A DNA stretch of 64,000 nt from Mobula birostris (GCF_030028105.1 NC_092384.1:29756546-29820545); one strand, 5' to 3'; shown: positions 13,170 through 27,508, counted from the stretch's first letter. Numbers and translations are program-made. The notes: generated by a model not told the origin, from the sequence alone.

Positions 13170-13620
13170 TTCCAATACCCCACTATTGGAAACGTCCTCT
13201 CAGCCACCACTCTATTTAGGCCTTTTAATATTTGATATGTTTCAATTCTTTCCAGACTCCAACAAGTACAGGCCTAGAGCCATCAAATGCTCCTCATATG
13301 TTAACCCTTTCATTCCCAACGTTCTTCTAGTGAACCTCCTCTGGAACCTCTCCCGACACCAGCACATCCTTTCTTAGATTAGGGGCGCAAAACTGCTCAC
13401 AATACTCCATATGCGGTCTGACCAACGCCTTATAAAGCCTCAGCATTACATCCTTGCTTTTATATTCTAGGCTCAACCTGCGAGTTAACCTTTAGGGAAT
13501 CCTCTACCTGGACTCCATTGACCCTTTGCACCTCTGATTTCTGAAATTGATCCTCATTCAGAAAATAGTCTACAACTTAATTCTTCCCTCAAAGTATATG
13601 ACTGTACATTTCCCTACGTA
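13170..13620 (-). mobile_element. CR1 LINE 3' fragment
   Basis: Reverse complement resembles the CR1 RT C-terminal region at about 9550-10000. Confidence 0.7.
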
Positions 13621-13734
13621 ATCTATAAGCAGCCCTGCATTATCAGAAGCCTTTTTAATAGGCCCATTAATTTTCTTTGCTTTATTATTTGCACCCAAGT
13701 ATTAAGCATTCCTGTTAATTTTAAAGATTGAGGT

Positions 13735-13862
13735 TAGCTTAATTTGTCACATGTACATTGAAACATATACAATACAATCTCCTTACAGATAGTGGTGGGA
13801 ATTGAACCCAGGTCAGTGATTGTTGGCACTGTAAGTGTTGTAATAACTGCTACACTACTGCG
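13735..13862 (-). mobile_element. tRNA-derived SINE remnant
   Basis: Minus strand shows A-box-like GTAGTGTAGCAGTTA and B-box GGGTTCAATTCCC. Confidence 0.5.
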
Positions 13863-14314
13863 TTGATGTTTAACAATCTGGCAACATTAGCTAGTGCTTA
13901 TTACATAAATTACTTTTTTTGTACTTCAGTCCTGATACAGCTGCATTCCATTTATTAAGCATTTTTATAAGTAATTTTTTAATTGCAGAAGCTGGTGTTT
14001 TGGAATAACTGTGAAAGCTTTTATCATCTGCCCCATTGTGGCTTGATGTAAAATCTTAATAAAGCTCCAGCCAGGTGCTTGTTTTGCCATGTTTAAGAAC
14101 CTGCTATAAAAGTCAGTTGTATTTGGCTATGTTTGAGTTAAAGAGGAATTACAGAGTCTAAAAAATCAACTGTATTTACATTTATAAACCATAACAATTT
14201 TGTGTGGTACATTAAAATGTAGAATTTGCCACTCCAAATCTGATGCTCCTCGGTCACCTCATTTGATCCGAAATGCCTGCACCTAATATTTGCTTCCTTT
14301 TTCTTTAACAAGGC

Positions 14315-15282
14315 CTCTTTAACATCCCTTTGCCAGAAAACAACCTATTCCAATCCATGCCTGCCAGATCCTTTCTGACACCATCACAAATGGCCTTTCT
14401 CCAATTTAGAATCTCAACCTGAGGACCAAAATATCCTTTTCTATGATTACCTTGAAACTAAGGCATTGTGATCACTAGATGCAAAGTGTTCCCCTACACA
14501 AACTTCTGTCACCTGGCCAGTCTTATTCCTTAATAGCTGATCAAGTATTGCTCACTGTCATGTTGGGCCATCTATGTACTGATTAAGGAAAGTTTCCTGA
14601 ATACATTTGACAAACTCTATCCTATCTAGTCCACTTACAGTATGGGAGTCCCAGTCAATATGTGGAAAGTTAAATCACCTACTATCACAACCTCATGTTT
14701 CTTGCAACAGTCCAGTCTGTGATCTCTACAAGTTTGTTCCTCTAAATCCTGCTGTTAGGTGGTCTGTAATGTAGCCCATTAATGTGGTCATACCTACCTT
14801 ATTCTTCAGATTCACCCATAAAGACTCACTAGACAAGTTCTCCAGCCTGTCTTGACAGACGACTGCTGTGACTTTTTCCCTGGCTAGTAACACCACCCTT
14901 CCTCCATTAATCCCTCCCACTCTAACATGTCTAAAACAACAGAACTCCAGAATATTGAGCTGTCATCAAAATTAGATTTTTCCTCCATTTATAACCTTAA
15001 CTTTAGGACCAGTCCTATCCTCCATATTTATTTTGAAACTAATGGAACTATGGTCACTAGATCCAAAATGTTCCTCTATGGACACTTGTCACCTATCCTG
15101 TCTCAATCCCTAGGAGGGACCTCTTTCTAGTTGGAACCTCTAGGTATCGTTTAAGAAAACTTACCTGAACACATTGACAAACTATCCCATTCAGTCCTTT
15201 TACAGTATGAGGTTTCCAGTCAAAATGTGGAAAGGTATAATCACTTACCATCACAGCCTTATTTTTCTTGCAGTTGTCTACT
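14315..15282 (-). mobile_element. Old CR1 endonuclease-domain fragments (two tandem pieces); the second continues at 16887-17110
   Basis: Degenerate EN motifs (ESLWVNLKNK, DYTFPHFDW, GDFNFP-like). Confidence 0.6.
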
Positions 15283-16877
15283 GTCTGTCTGTCTAGGTAC
15301 CATATCTGATGCGGACTTCGGTGACCATGGTTTTCCATATAGATCTTTCCTTTGTTTTTTGGATGACTTCCATTTCCTCGATGTGTAGCCACCTGGCTAT
15401 ACTTTTGATGTACATAAGCCGAGGTCTTCCTCTAGGTTTACTCCCCTCAATCTTTCCAGAGAGTATGAGTTTTTCTAGTTCATCTTTCCGCATGATGTGT
15501 CCTAGGAATCTGAGTTGTCTTTCTCTTATTGTTGGTATGAGTGATCGAACTGCTTGGGCTCTTCTGAGAACTTATTCATTTGATGTGTGTGTGGTCCATG
15601 ATATTTTTAACATTCTCCTGTAAAACCATAATTCAGCTGCTTCTAGTCTCTTTTCCATTGCTGGAGAAATGGTCCAGCATTCACTTCCATAAGTCAGGAT
15701 AGAATAAATGTAGCACTGCAGTATTCTGTTTTTAGTGTACGTGCTCATCTTTCTGTCTGATAATATGGTCTTCATTTTTTGGAAAGCTTCTTTCGCCATT
15801 GTTAATTCTGTATTTGATATCTGTGTCACACCTGCCATTACTTGTTATTAGGCTGCCAAGATATTTGAACTTGACTTGTTTAATGTTTGTATTTCCAATC
15901 TTGATCACACATTGTGGGATGTTTGTCTTTCTGGAAATGACCATGCTTTCTGTCTTGGTGTTGATTGAGAGGCCTCTGCGATTACTTTCTGCTGCCACAA
16001 TGGTGAGTAGTTCTTGAAGTTTTGTTTCTGAGTCAGCTATTAGTACGATGTCATCAGCATATCTGATGTTATTTATATTATGGCCTCCAATTGTGGATCC
16101 TTTGATACTTCTCAAGATACTTTCACTATACAGGTTGAATAAATCTGGCGAAAAGACACAACCTTGCCTGACTCCTCTCATGATATTCACATACTCACTC
16201 ACTCCTCCTTCTATTCTGATGGATGCTGTCTAGTCCCAGTATGTTTCTTAAGAAACCTATATCTTTTCCATCTATGTCAAGATCTTGAAGTATTTCCAGA
16301 AGATCTTGCTGTCTGACACTGTCAAAAGCTTTTGTATAGTCAATGAAACATAGGTAGATGTCTTTTTGTACCTGGATGGCTCGTTCACAGATCATCGGTA
16401 GCATGAAAATTGTATTTCTGGTTCCAGTGTTTTCCACAAAGCCGCATTGTTCTTTACTGATTTCTGGTTTTATACAGCGTCTTGCCCTCATCATGATTAC
16501 TCTGAGAATAATTTTTGCCACATGGTTCATCAGACTTATTGTATGATGTAACTCACATTCTGTTGCTCACTCTTTCTTTGGAAGTGTGATGAACACTGAT
16601 TTACTTAAATCATTAGGTATCTCCCCATGATCATAGATTTCATTTGCTATTTCTGTTATTTTCTGTATTCCAAAATCTTCTAAGGCCAGTATCATTTCAA
16701 CAGCGATGTTGTCTGGACCAGTTGCTCTGTTACGTTTTGTTCTATTTACGGCTGCTCGAATTTCTGATTTTGGAATGCTAGGTCCTTCAAGATTCTTCTT
16801 TATGTTCGGTTTTTCTCCTCTTTGGTCTTCAAAAAGTTCTTTTATATATTTTGTCCATCTGTTTAGGAATTCCTCTA
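15283..16877 (-). mobile_element. RTE-clade LINE, 5'-truncated, with 9-bp TSD TTGTCTACT
   Basis: GVRQGCVFSPDLFNLY, NIRYADD, CFIDYTKAFD, LTYGSECWT, GKIEGSKPRGRPR; (AGAC)n tail; TSD at 15274-15282 and 16878-16886. Confidence 0.9.
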
Positions 16878-19619
16878 TTGTCTACTATCTCTACAAATTT
16901 GCTCCTCTAAATACCGCTGACTATTGGGTGATCCAGAATATAATCCCATTAATGTGGCCACCCCTTTTTAAATCCTCAATTCCACCCATATAGCCTCAGT
17001 AAACAAGCCCTCCAGTCTGTCCTGTCTAAGCCCTGCCGTGATAATTTTCTGGACTAGTAATGGCACAACATCTACCCCCATCCTGTCTAAAACGATGGAA
17101 CCTTGGAACATTGTGTAACAGTATTAAGAGGAATGGTGACAGTGGCTTGTGAATGTCTGGTGATTGATTTTTGGACAATCCAGTGGCCAGCTCAAAATAT
17201 ATGTGAATTCTTCAATAAGAATTGAGGAAAAAAAAGTTTAGCTTTATTCAAAAAAGGAAAAAAAATCTGCATGACTGAATTTCAAGAGATAGGGAGGATA
17301 GCAGATAACTAGAATTTTAAAGGTATGGAAGCATAACAATCTTAACTAAAGATTGTCTTTATTCCCTCCTTCCTTTAAATATTTCTGTGAATATCCAGGT
17401 ACTAGTTTTCTAGTAAGAGTTAATTTTTTTTTGACTGGAAGAAATGAAGAGTGCTAGGATTCATTTATCAATTATCCCCGAAGTTTCTGTCTTCCTTTTG
17501 GTACTTCCTTGCGATGTTGCATGGAAATTCTCATTCAGTGATAATGCACTGCCAATTGTGGTTCTGTTTGAGGGTGATATGTGATCAGTAAGCAAAATTA
17601 GAAAAAAAACTAAAGACGTCCAAAAACAAGTCTCATGCTGACCACACATTTTATCAATTTTGAAATTACTTACTACACCACATATTGCAGTTTTATGTAG
17701 ACTTTTCAAGATGAACTGTAGTTTATTTTTCAGCAGAATTTTAATATTGAGTGTATGAGTAACATAATCATGAACAGTTTGGTAACTAACACCTAATGAA
17801 TTAGACATATTTGAACAACATAAAAAACAGGATCGCATGGAATTGTTCATTTGGAACACCAGGTAACTAATGCCACAAGAAAGTTTCAACAGTAAATGCT
17901 GAAGGTTTGCACAGAATACCTTTTTCCAAAAGACTTATAAGAAGAACCTTCAGTCCGAGCAAACTGTGAGGTCATTCCATATGCATGAATGAAATTTGGA
18001 AGGCCACACTGATTTTTTTCTTATCATTTTACAACAAAATACTGATAGATTGTTATGCATCCTTATGAATATTTCTAAGGTTAGGTGGCATTACTGCCAC
18101 TAAAAATAGTAAACAATATTAATTTACATCGCTCAGACTTTTCCAGGAAGTCAAAATTATACATAATTAAAATGGCACCATTCGATTCAATTCTATCTCT
18201 TTACACTTTTCACATTTAACTGTTATTTACAAATAGAGTTGCATTCTTAAATGTGGCTTTCTTTTATTCTGTTAACTTCACATGCAAGCTGTTCAGTTAT
18301 TCATCAGATACTGAATGTTTCTGTTTGCAGCTACAAAAATATACCACATCATTAAGAAGATCTTACTCGTGCTCAAAGACTTGGTTCATTGTTTTTTTTT
18401 CATTTCTGAATTGCATATTTCTGTCTCTGGTTTCTTTCAACAAACTTAAAAGATATATCGTTGATCTTTCTATATAGCACTTTGTAAGCATCCGTTAAAT
18501 AGCTTAAACATTTTTGTCATGAAGGTTGCAAAATCTTAGAATTGGGCAATATTTGTGCAACTCAATTTATATATTTGTGAATGGTGTCTTCAGATCAAGA
18601 TTTCACTTCTGTATTTAACTTCATTACAATATAGTGATGTGCGCAAAGAATCACTGGATATTACAAATACACTGACAGCTAGGTTAACTGGGAAAATTAC
18701 TGTTAATAAACTAGCTTTTGGAAAAAAGGCAGACGGTAAATTCAGAAAGTACAGTATGACACACAATTTTACAATAAGACGAGCCAAATTCATTTTTACA
18801 AAACTACTTCCTCTACAAAATATGAAATAGGTTCCTTTTCTTGGTATTGGAAGAATATAAAAGCACTATTAGTTCCATTGGGCTTTTGGGTTGATATGTA
18901 GTTGCAGTGCTAGACTTGCACATCAATTAGTGTTACAATTATTTATCAAAGTAAAAAGAATAGAGAAGTTAATATTTGGTTAGTACTTAAAATCTATCTC
19001 CCAATGCCATCAATCAAAACATTGTGACAGCAGTTTCTACTTCTATGATCAGCCAAATCAAACTGAGTGGAAAGCAAGAGACAAATGGTAAAGCATGTGG
19101 TTCATAATATAGTCTCCCGAATGGATCAAAATGTGGTTAATAATAGTACTGTGATTCATAGCTTTATATTTTTTAAATAACTGCCACATTCCCTCATGGT
19201 TTATAAATGAATGCAACTGTTAAGGGAAGTTATATTAAAAAAAGAAGGGTCACATTAAAGAAACAATGTTGTCATTTTAAAGGATCACTGCAGTCACAGT
19301 TGGAAGTATAGATCTTCAAAATAAGCATTTGGGAGTTGTGCTTATCTCTCCTGCTGGAGTTTTCTCCAGCTCAAGTCTGTTTGTGTGGAACGTGGAATGA
19401 AAGCCCTTTCTATTAGCACTGAGTTTGTAGACGTGCCCAGTGCTCATTGCAATGCCCTATAAACAAAAAACTACCTAAACGTCTTGAATATACTCAGTGA
19501 CAGAACATTCCTCCAGGGTAGAGTCTTACTATCCTCTGGGTGAAGAAACCTTTCATCTGTGTCCTGACTGGCTATCCAGACTGTGACCTGTGCTTCTAAG
19601 TTAAAGTGATGTCAAGCTT

Positions 19620-19900
19620 GCCCCTTGAGAAATTCTCACCCTACACCCTCTGATTCTTCAATAAAGGCCCAACCTGTTCCCTCTCGTCACACATCAATTT
19701 GCATGGGTCCTAGCTATGTCTGTCTTTTTGTTGGCTATGTGGAACAGACCTTGTTCCAAGTCTATTCCAGCACAAACATCCTAACTGTTAAATTGACAAT
19801 TGCAATGGTGTGACTTTGGGCACTTGTGTAGACCTCATCAATTTCATTACCTTTGCCATCAACAATTTCTTGCCCTCAAAGGCACCTGAAATACTATGAA
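19620..19900 (+). mobile_element. Penelope-like element RT fragment
   Basis: MGPSYVCLFVGYVEQTLF resembles the Penelope-type RT segment MGPSYACLFVGYVEQ. Confidence 0.65.
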
Positions 19901-20704
19901 AATGATAGCATAGGCATTGAAAACAATAAGGCATAGGTTTAAGATGAAGGTTAGGAACCTAGAGGGGATTGGCCCCAGAATGTTTCACCCAGAGCTTGGG
20001 TGGAATCTGGAGTGCACGGCTTGAGTAGATGGTGAAAGCAGGTACTCCTACAATATTTAAGTATTTACATAATCACTAGACTGAGACTAGACGGTTACTG
20101 GACAGGTGCTAAAAAGTGAGAATAGTATAAGTAGGTACTTCAAAGTATGTATACTATATACAAAATTAAGATTTGTCTCTATACACCCAACCACAAAACA
20201 AAGCCCAGACAGGATGGGCTGAAGGGCGTGTTTCCATGTTGTATGACTCTGTAACTCTATGACAGAAATCTATAATCTGCTGCAGTTAGGGTTTCAGTTT
20301 TTCACTTGTGCCTGGAGGTCCTCCCTGTAGAAGTGATGGCCACTATGGAAATTCTAACTAAAGGTCATTCCTATTAGCAGTAGCTGATCTGTGTCATAAA
20401 CTGCAATTTGCTGCTTCCTGCACATTTAACATTTGATATCAGGCAATGGACAGCTATCTGCACAGTCAGTACTGATGATACTGAGTACTGAGTGACGCAA
20501 ATACTAATAACAAGAGTACCAAGTGACTTTCAGGTCAAATATGACAGACTTAGTGGTTTATTTGCTCATGAGGAGATTGTTCACAGAATGATTGAGATGT
20601 TTTCTAGAGACCCTACCTCTGAGCGATGAAGAAACAAATCAAAGTGCATTGGGGGCACGCAGCCAGTTCTGACAAAACAAGGCATTCTTTTTTCAGCAGT
20701 CTAA

Positions 20705-21555
20705 AGTCATAGAGCTTTGCAGCCTGGAGAGAGGCCCTTCAGTCCAATTTGTTATTGCCATCCAAGCTGCCTATGTGAACTAGTCCCATTCCCTGCATTT
20801 AGTCCATCTCCCTTTAAACCTTCCCTACCCATCTAAATAGCTCATTTCATATACGCACCATCCTCAGTGTGGCAAAAGTTGCCCTTCAGATCCCTTTCAA
20901 AGCTGTCCCCTCTCACGTTAACGCCATGCCCTCTAGTTTTATACCTGCATATACTGAGGGGAAAAAACAGTGACCATTCATCTCCATTATGCCCCTCATA
21001 ATTTTAGTAATCTCCTTAAGATTGTGCCTCAACCTCCAACACCCCAGGGAAAAATGTCCCAACCTTTCTCATCTCTCCTTATAGCTCAAGACCTCCAGTC
21101 CCAGCAAGATCCTTGTGAATATTTAATGCCCTCCTTCCAGCTTTCCCATAGTCTGGAAACCAGAACTGCTCCAAGTATTGTCTCACCAATATCTTGTATA
21201 GCCATATCATGACATCACATTTTTGTACTCAATGGCCTGACTGATGAAGGTAAGCATGCCAGATGCCTTCTTCACCATCTATGTTTCTACTTTCAGAGGA
21301 CTATCTATCTGTTCCACAAAACTGTCCAGGCCCTATCATCTACAAAGTAGGTAATACCCTGGCTAAACTCAATAAAGTATAATACCTTGCATTATCAGAG
21401 TTAAATTCCATTTGCCATTTTCTGGTCCACTTTCCAAGTTGGTGCAAATCCCTTTTTAAACTTAGGTAACCGTCATTACTGTTTACAATACCACCAGTTT
21501 TACTGTTGTCCACGAAGTTAGTAGCCATGTTCACAATATGGTCATCCAAGTGTGA
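20705..21555 (-). mobile_element. CR1 LINE 3' fragment
   Basis: NFVDNSKTGGIV...DLHQLGKWTRKWQMEFN; CR1-type 3' tail. Confidence 0.75.
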
Positions 21556-21779
21556 AATAATTGGAACCTACTGGTGAATGAGTTTCTTCAAAAATGAGTA
21601 CTGATTCCTCCACATTAAATCTAACTTGTTTCTCATTTCCTGTGTTCTGACAAAGAGTCTTCTGTCTGAAAATGTAACCCTGTTTTGAAAATATAACCCT
21701 AGTTCTTGTTCCAGCATCCTCTGCTTTAATTTAACTCCTCTATATTAGCTTTGAGGACATGGCTATAATTATATTATTG

Positions 21780-22110
21780 CACAGAGTGTTTAAAATTAGG
21801 AAAGGCAAAGATAGGGATGACTATAGCAGCCTCTTACCCAGCACAGCAGAGTTCAAAACTATGGGTCACATGTTTAAGATGAGAGGAAAACAATTTAAAA
21901 AGGACCTGAGGGGCAACTTATCTACATTTGAGGTTGGTGAGTATATGAATGAGGTGCCAAAGCATAATTTAAGAAGTACCTGGATGGGTATGTAGAGGGA
22001 TATGGGCAGAAGGCAGGATGTTGGGACTAATTGGGTGGGCACAGTGGTTGGCGTGGAAACATTGGGCTGAAGGCCCTATATCTGTGCTGTATTGCTCTAT
22101 GACTATGATC
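21780..22110 (+). mobile_element. CR1 LINE extreme 3' fragment
   Basis: KTMGHMFKMRGKQFKKDLRGN; tail CTATGACTATGA. Confidence 0.65.
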
Positions 22111-23555
22111 CTAATGAATCTTCCACATCTTTAGTCTAAGCGTACATAAGAGTGTTGGTTCACTGTTATTATTAATATTTTAATCACAAAATTATTTGTT
22201 GAGCTGACTCAACTGGAGGAGTGCCAAAATCATTCTGTTTGAAGAGCAATCAACTTGAAGCAAAAGACCAGAAGGGAAAATTGTTGTCAGCACTTCCCAT
22301 TTTCCAGACCTGGTAGTGCATGGAGGCCAGTGAGTACCTGTAGCGATATTGGATGATGCCAATGACAGGTCATTGCAATCAAGCCTGAGGCACCTTCCAC
22401 TAGGTAATTGCCCCTGTAACTTTGGTCTAATAATCATCCCCACCCCTTTCCCTCACTGAGGGACCAATCATCTGTGTCACCTCACTGTCTAATACCCACA
22501 ATTATAGGATCAAGCATCCCCTCATCACCTGTTTGACAGCCCCATCCTCAATATAATTTGTCTAGCTTCTAACCCCTGCAATTACCTGTCACAACTCCTA
22601 CCTCTGCTCTCTCCCCCATCCTGTGAGACATTTCCTCCAAATCACTTGCTCTGCAATGAGGGAAATCACAAAGATAAGGTCTACTATACCATGCATCTTA
22701 TCTTGGATCTTGTATGCGGTCGAATATCGGGGGCAAGAAAACCTTAAGGCAAATTTGGCTTATGAGCTACAAATTCACTGTTGTTGCTCAAAGGCAAAGG
22801 TGGGAACATTAAACATGTTAATGAATTCTAACTCAAAAACTTAATTTCAAGCTTTGTCATCAGTTTTCATGTTTGACTGGAAGCTAAAATGAAATCAAAC
22901 TGCACAGGGTCAATATAGAATCCAGTTTGCAATTCTGGAAGAATTCAGATTGAGACCTGTTTTATTACTCAGAATTGATAAGCTGAATGGCCTAATTTTG
23001 CTTCTGTGTCTTATGATCTGAATTAAAATGTGAGGACATGGTCATGCTGTTTAGGCACCTTCAAACAACAAACCTAAAATTGTGGTTTTAAATAGGAATA
23101 CCACAAAATGCCACAATGACTGTTTGAAAGCCTACTATTCTAACACAACCATTCTATGCATCTGAAGTCTTTCATCTGTTTAGAATTCTCTTCAGTGCCA
23201 ACTGTCTAACCTCATTGCATTTCTCCTATCTCTCAGAACTGCGAAGAACCGTTCATACCCACTTAACATATGAAGATTTTGCTCTTATTAACTGTGTGGT
23301 GGTCACCAAGTGAAATATTTAACCATCATCTGTTCACATTAGATCGTTTGAGGTTGGTGCAAATTTATCTATAAGGAAGCTGGTTTGCAGTCACAGCATT
23401 CTGACATCTGATCTGACATTGTTGTCATCATAATCATCAACATTTTCAGAATGTTTCGAATTCTAGATTCAATTAATGTGACTGTTTATTTCAACTAGAA
23501 GTGCATACCTACAAGCTGTGAACTTAGCCAGCATTCAGGTCTGAAGGCAATGCTT

Positions 23556-23873
23556 TCAAGCGTGTGCTTTTGAATCGTTTGCAGAAAAGTTTTCCATGCG
23601 AATCCTTACAACTTTTTTCTCAATGGGACGTGGGAAGAGGAAATTGCACACAAAGACCTGATGGCAGGATTTCTGAAAATTTTCTGAAAGGAACGCATAT
23701 ATTATGGGGTTCACACAGGAATACCCATACACCATGCAGTGGGAGAAAATTCTGAATGCTAACGATGCATCGGTTAGAGGGAAGCTTCCAAATTGTACAC
23801 ACATGGTTATGATGTGGTCAGGCAACCAGGAGAGAAGAAATACAGCAACGACTAGCATGACCATCTGGGCAGT
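23556..23873 (-). CDS. galr1b: Galanin receptor type 1-like (GALR1b-like), coding exon 3 (TM6, TM7, C-tail, stop)
   Basis: Acceptor TCTCTCCACAG|ACT; TAQMVMLVVAVFLLSWLPDH...FPLT.AS..FRI..HC...VNPIIYAFLSENF; 318 nt, phase 0. Confidence 0.9.
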   Translation of the reverse strand, partial: TAQMVMLVVAVFLLSWLPDHIITMCVQFGSFPLTDASLAFRIFSHCMVYGYSCVNPIIYAFLSENFQKSCHQVFVCNFLFPRPIEKKVVRIRMENFSANDSKAHA

Positions 23874-24609
23874 CTGTGGAGAGAGTAAAGAAGAAACATA
23901 ACTTATTTTCAAGGTTATTGCAATAAAGTACATATATTGAGATCTCAATTATAAAGTTCAGCTGTAATTAATCCTTCGCTCTGTATCATTTCCATGTAGA
24001 TTACCTCAACTGTTTTCATCATTCACATTGTATATGCTTTGATCCAGTTTTTAAAAGGAGCTTTCAGAAAGTTTTGTTTTTTTTCAAAAAGTTTTCACTT
24101 TAAGAGATAAAATGTTTGAAAATTACTTTATGCTACTGTGGTTTATGTACATTAATATTTGGTGGGGTCTCTCTTACCTTAAAGACATTGTGTCTACCAT
24201 GCTTGCAATTTAGTTGAAGACCATCACACAAATCAGGGCTATGCTTATCGAGCTTCATTTGTGATTATTGTGAAAGCCACTTTTATTTTTAGATATATTT
24301 TTATTGTTTTTACCTATACCCAGTTTATGGGCCAAATGCAGGCAAAAGGCACTTGCTCATTAAGACACCTTAGTCATCATGGATAAGTTGGGCCTTAAGA
24401 TCTGTCTCTGTGCTGAATGACTCCAGTAGTCCAGGAGTTAGAGATTCAGATTCCTTCATTGGAGGCCTGATTACCACTCACTCCACCTTGCAGACGGGCA
24501 GGAGAATGGATGCCCGCAGCACAATGGATCCTATGGGGCTGGGTAATGGAAAATTAGCACAGTTTCAGAAATTGTGCAGGGGGCAATATGGGATATGATC
24601 CACCCTACA

Positions 24610-24735
24610 GGACTGAAGGGTCTTGGCCCAAAATGTCAACTGTACTCTTCCACAGGTGATGCCTGGCCTGCTGAGTTCCTCCAGCATTTTGTGTGTGTTG
24701 CTTGGATTTCCAGCATCTGCAGATTTACTCTTGTT
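24610..24735 (+). repeat. Penelope-associated terminal-repeat fragment
   Basis: GAAGGGTCTTGGCCCAAAATGTCAAC...CTGAGTTCCTCCAGCATTTTGTGTG. Confidence 0.55.
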
Positions 24736-27308
24736 TGTGACTCCCTTACAGAAGGAAAGTTCAACAGTTGAAAAGAGCACTTGTTCTGCTCTGGAACTTC
24801 CAATCTATGCCTCCATTTGGTGCTATTTAATGAGCTCAAGAAATTAATTTAAACATTTTAAAATAAGTTAAAATTGTATCTGGTGAAACATTCTTGTATC
24901 TTCTTTCTGAAAGACGTCTGATTAAATTATTTTTAATGTTTCTCGATGGTGATGCACCTAACCTGTCTGAAAAGAAAGTCAGAAAGAAAAAAAGATGATA
25001 TAACGTCAGTTTGAAATAATTTAATGTGTAAAAGCAGATTTGGTAGTATTTACACATGCAGAGCCTTTGACATGTTCTGTAACACTGATTTGACTTGAAT
25101 GCACCCTTGGACAAATATCCACAATAAGAAGCAATACACCATCAGATGTAAGTTGGGAACTTATTAAAAGGCACAGTCTGGTTTTACTTATCACTTTTAC
25201 ATAGGTTGAATGAATGAAAAGAGCTAAACAGCATGAACTTGGACAAAAAGTTTTTAATCATCAAAAGATAAAAGATGAAAAAATAATCAGAAAACAGGTT
25301 TCCTTTCATGAAGGGCAGGCAACAGCCTGTGGTGAAAGGATTTTGCCTGGTTCATGGGCTAAATTCAGTAATACTTCTCTCTCCAGTTCCATAGCAGAAG
25401 AAATAATGGCTAACTTGGTTGGTGGCATTATAACTGGTACCAAGCTTAATGCTCATCTATGCTGCAAAAAAAATGGACTGCTGGGAGAACTCAACAGGGT
25501 GAACAGGATCTGTCAGGAGAAAGAATTTGTCGATATTCAGGTTGAGGCCTGACATTGGCACCTGATGCAAGGTGTTCAACTGAAATGTCAACAGTTCCTT
25601 TTCCCCAACAGATGTTGCTTGATTCACTAAGTCCCTCCCGGAGTTTGCTTTTGTTTGTTCCAGATTCTGGCATCTGCAGTATCTTGTATTCCTTATTCTT
25701 GCTGCCCTTTTATGGCACCATTAAGATCTTAATCAGATTTTCAGAACTCTGTACTCAGCCCTTGCTCATGCCTGTGATAGCTTGAGCTACCCTCTATGCA
25801 GTATGTGCAGCAAATGCTACAATGACAACACTAATGAAATATATGAGTCTGATAGGAAAGAAGGATAGGTAACTAAAGGTTACAGTTGTTTTCATACAGT
25901 TGTTTTTATACAGCTGTGGTATTATTCTGACACACAATTATATTGACTTTTAAATAACACCAAGACCTATATATTCCCCCTCATCTTTTATGTGGGCAAG
26001 AGCATTTGAGGGCACCAGTTTAGGACCACATTTAGAACAAAATAGTTGGATAAACATATTCACTGCCTTAAATATTCACTCCATCTGTTACAGTGGTTGT
26101 AAAGAACACCATCCACAGAACACACTGGAGCAGGTCTTTTCAACAGCATTTCCAAATCTTAAGAAAAGCAAGGCCATCAACTTTAAAATCACTAATTTGG
26201 TATATCTCCATCCTTCCAGTGTGCGGAAACAAAATCTTGGCAGTTCCTACCCAAACATTGTGCAAAAACCTTCCCCAGAATGGCAGTGGTCTAATAAGGT
26301 GGATCAACAGCATCACATTGAGAGCAATTTGCTGACTTCACAACAACTATCACATCTGCATTTATATTATTGTGTTATCAGCACTATTCCAGGTTTCCAT
26401 GCCTGCACCAGCCTTTCTGATTGGTTAATAAAGGTTTTCACATATAATTAATGATACTAATCCCGCCCCCCCACACACACACAACACACACACACACTTT
26501 TCGGGTTTACTTGAACTCTGTCTTGGCTCAACATTTCTTGGATTGCCTTGCTTTCAATGTCCCAGACGAGCTGGAGATCAAAATGTCCATATATCAGATC
26601 TCATGCACCCCCTGGAGCTGGTGGCAGAGCCTCGAGGATCCTGGGAGTGGAGCAGGAGGAGTGTGGAAGGCTGGTAGGCTGACAATAGCCTTGTCACTTA
26701 AATCAGCCCATCGACTCTGGGAAGAAGTAAGTGCAGTTTTACCAGAATCTTTAATTATTTGTTAACTTTGAACCATATTTAATGATTATGGAGACTGTCA
26801 GAAACGTATTAACTGATCTTTTGTAGCATCAAGCTGCCAGTGTTGTTCACTTGTTCACAGTTTGGGCCTTGAGGTGCCCAAGACCTGCTTGCTGTGTTTA
26901 TTCCCAGGATGGATGCCAGTTGTGAGAGCCCAGCTCACTTTGTATCCCTCAGTCAGCCCAGCTCGCTGGGTATCCCCCAGCTGGGGTGCAGCTGTGTGGC
27001 GCAGTGATGAATCTGAACAATTGTGTGGTTCCTGCATTAACCTGCTCATTATAAGTATGTTAGTATAAAAGACACAGTACGAACAGGGTAGAAAGTTCGA
27101 TGACTAATGGAGGTGTGATGGAAAAGCTATCAGGACAAACTAACCACGATAAACAAACTCATCACAGTGCATATGCATTGTGACAGTTTAAATTGCCCAA
27201 AATTTGATTAATAGCTGTTCTGGGAAAACTAGATCATCCATACGCATTTCTGAGATTAAAATAGCAAGCCATCTAATTCAGCAATTGAACACAAGAGCCT
27301 GTGGTGGG

Positions 27309-27508
27309 TGTTATGTTGCTTCTGTTTAAACGTACCATGGATTAACAGTAAAGAATCATATTCTGGAAGAACTAGAGAATGTTTATTTACAGTAATAAAC
27401 AAACAAGTCTTAACCCAGCCACATGCTGGAACATTCTGGCAATCCCACGCATGCTCAGTGCTCTGTCCAGTCATGTACTGGCACATCATTGCATGTGATA
27501 TCACCACA
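27309..27508 (-). repeat. 3' LTR
   Basis: Direct repeat of 30306-30505; preceded on the - strand by PPT AAGAAAAGGAAGA (27509-27521). Confidence 0.95.

Noticed and set aside
23874-23948. Upstream part of ORF 23556-23948
   Set aside because: Intronic polypyrimidine tract before the acceptor at 23874-23875.
25990-26765. 153-aa and 104-aa ORFs in GALR intron 2
   Set aside because: No recognisable domain or splice structure; likely chance ORFs.
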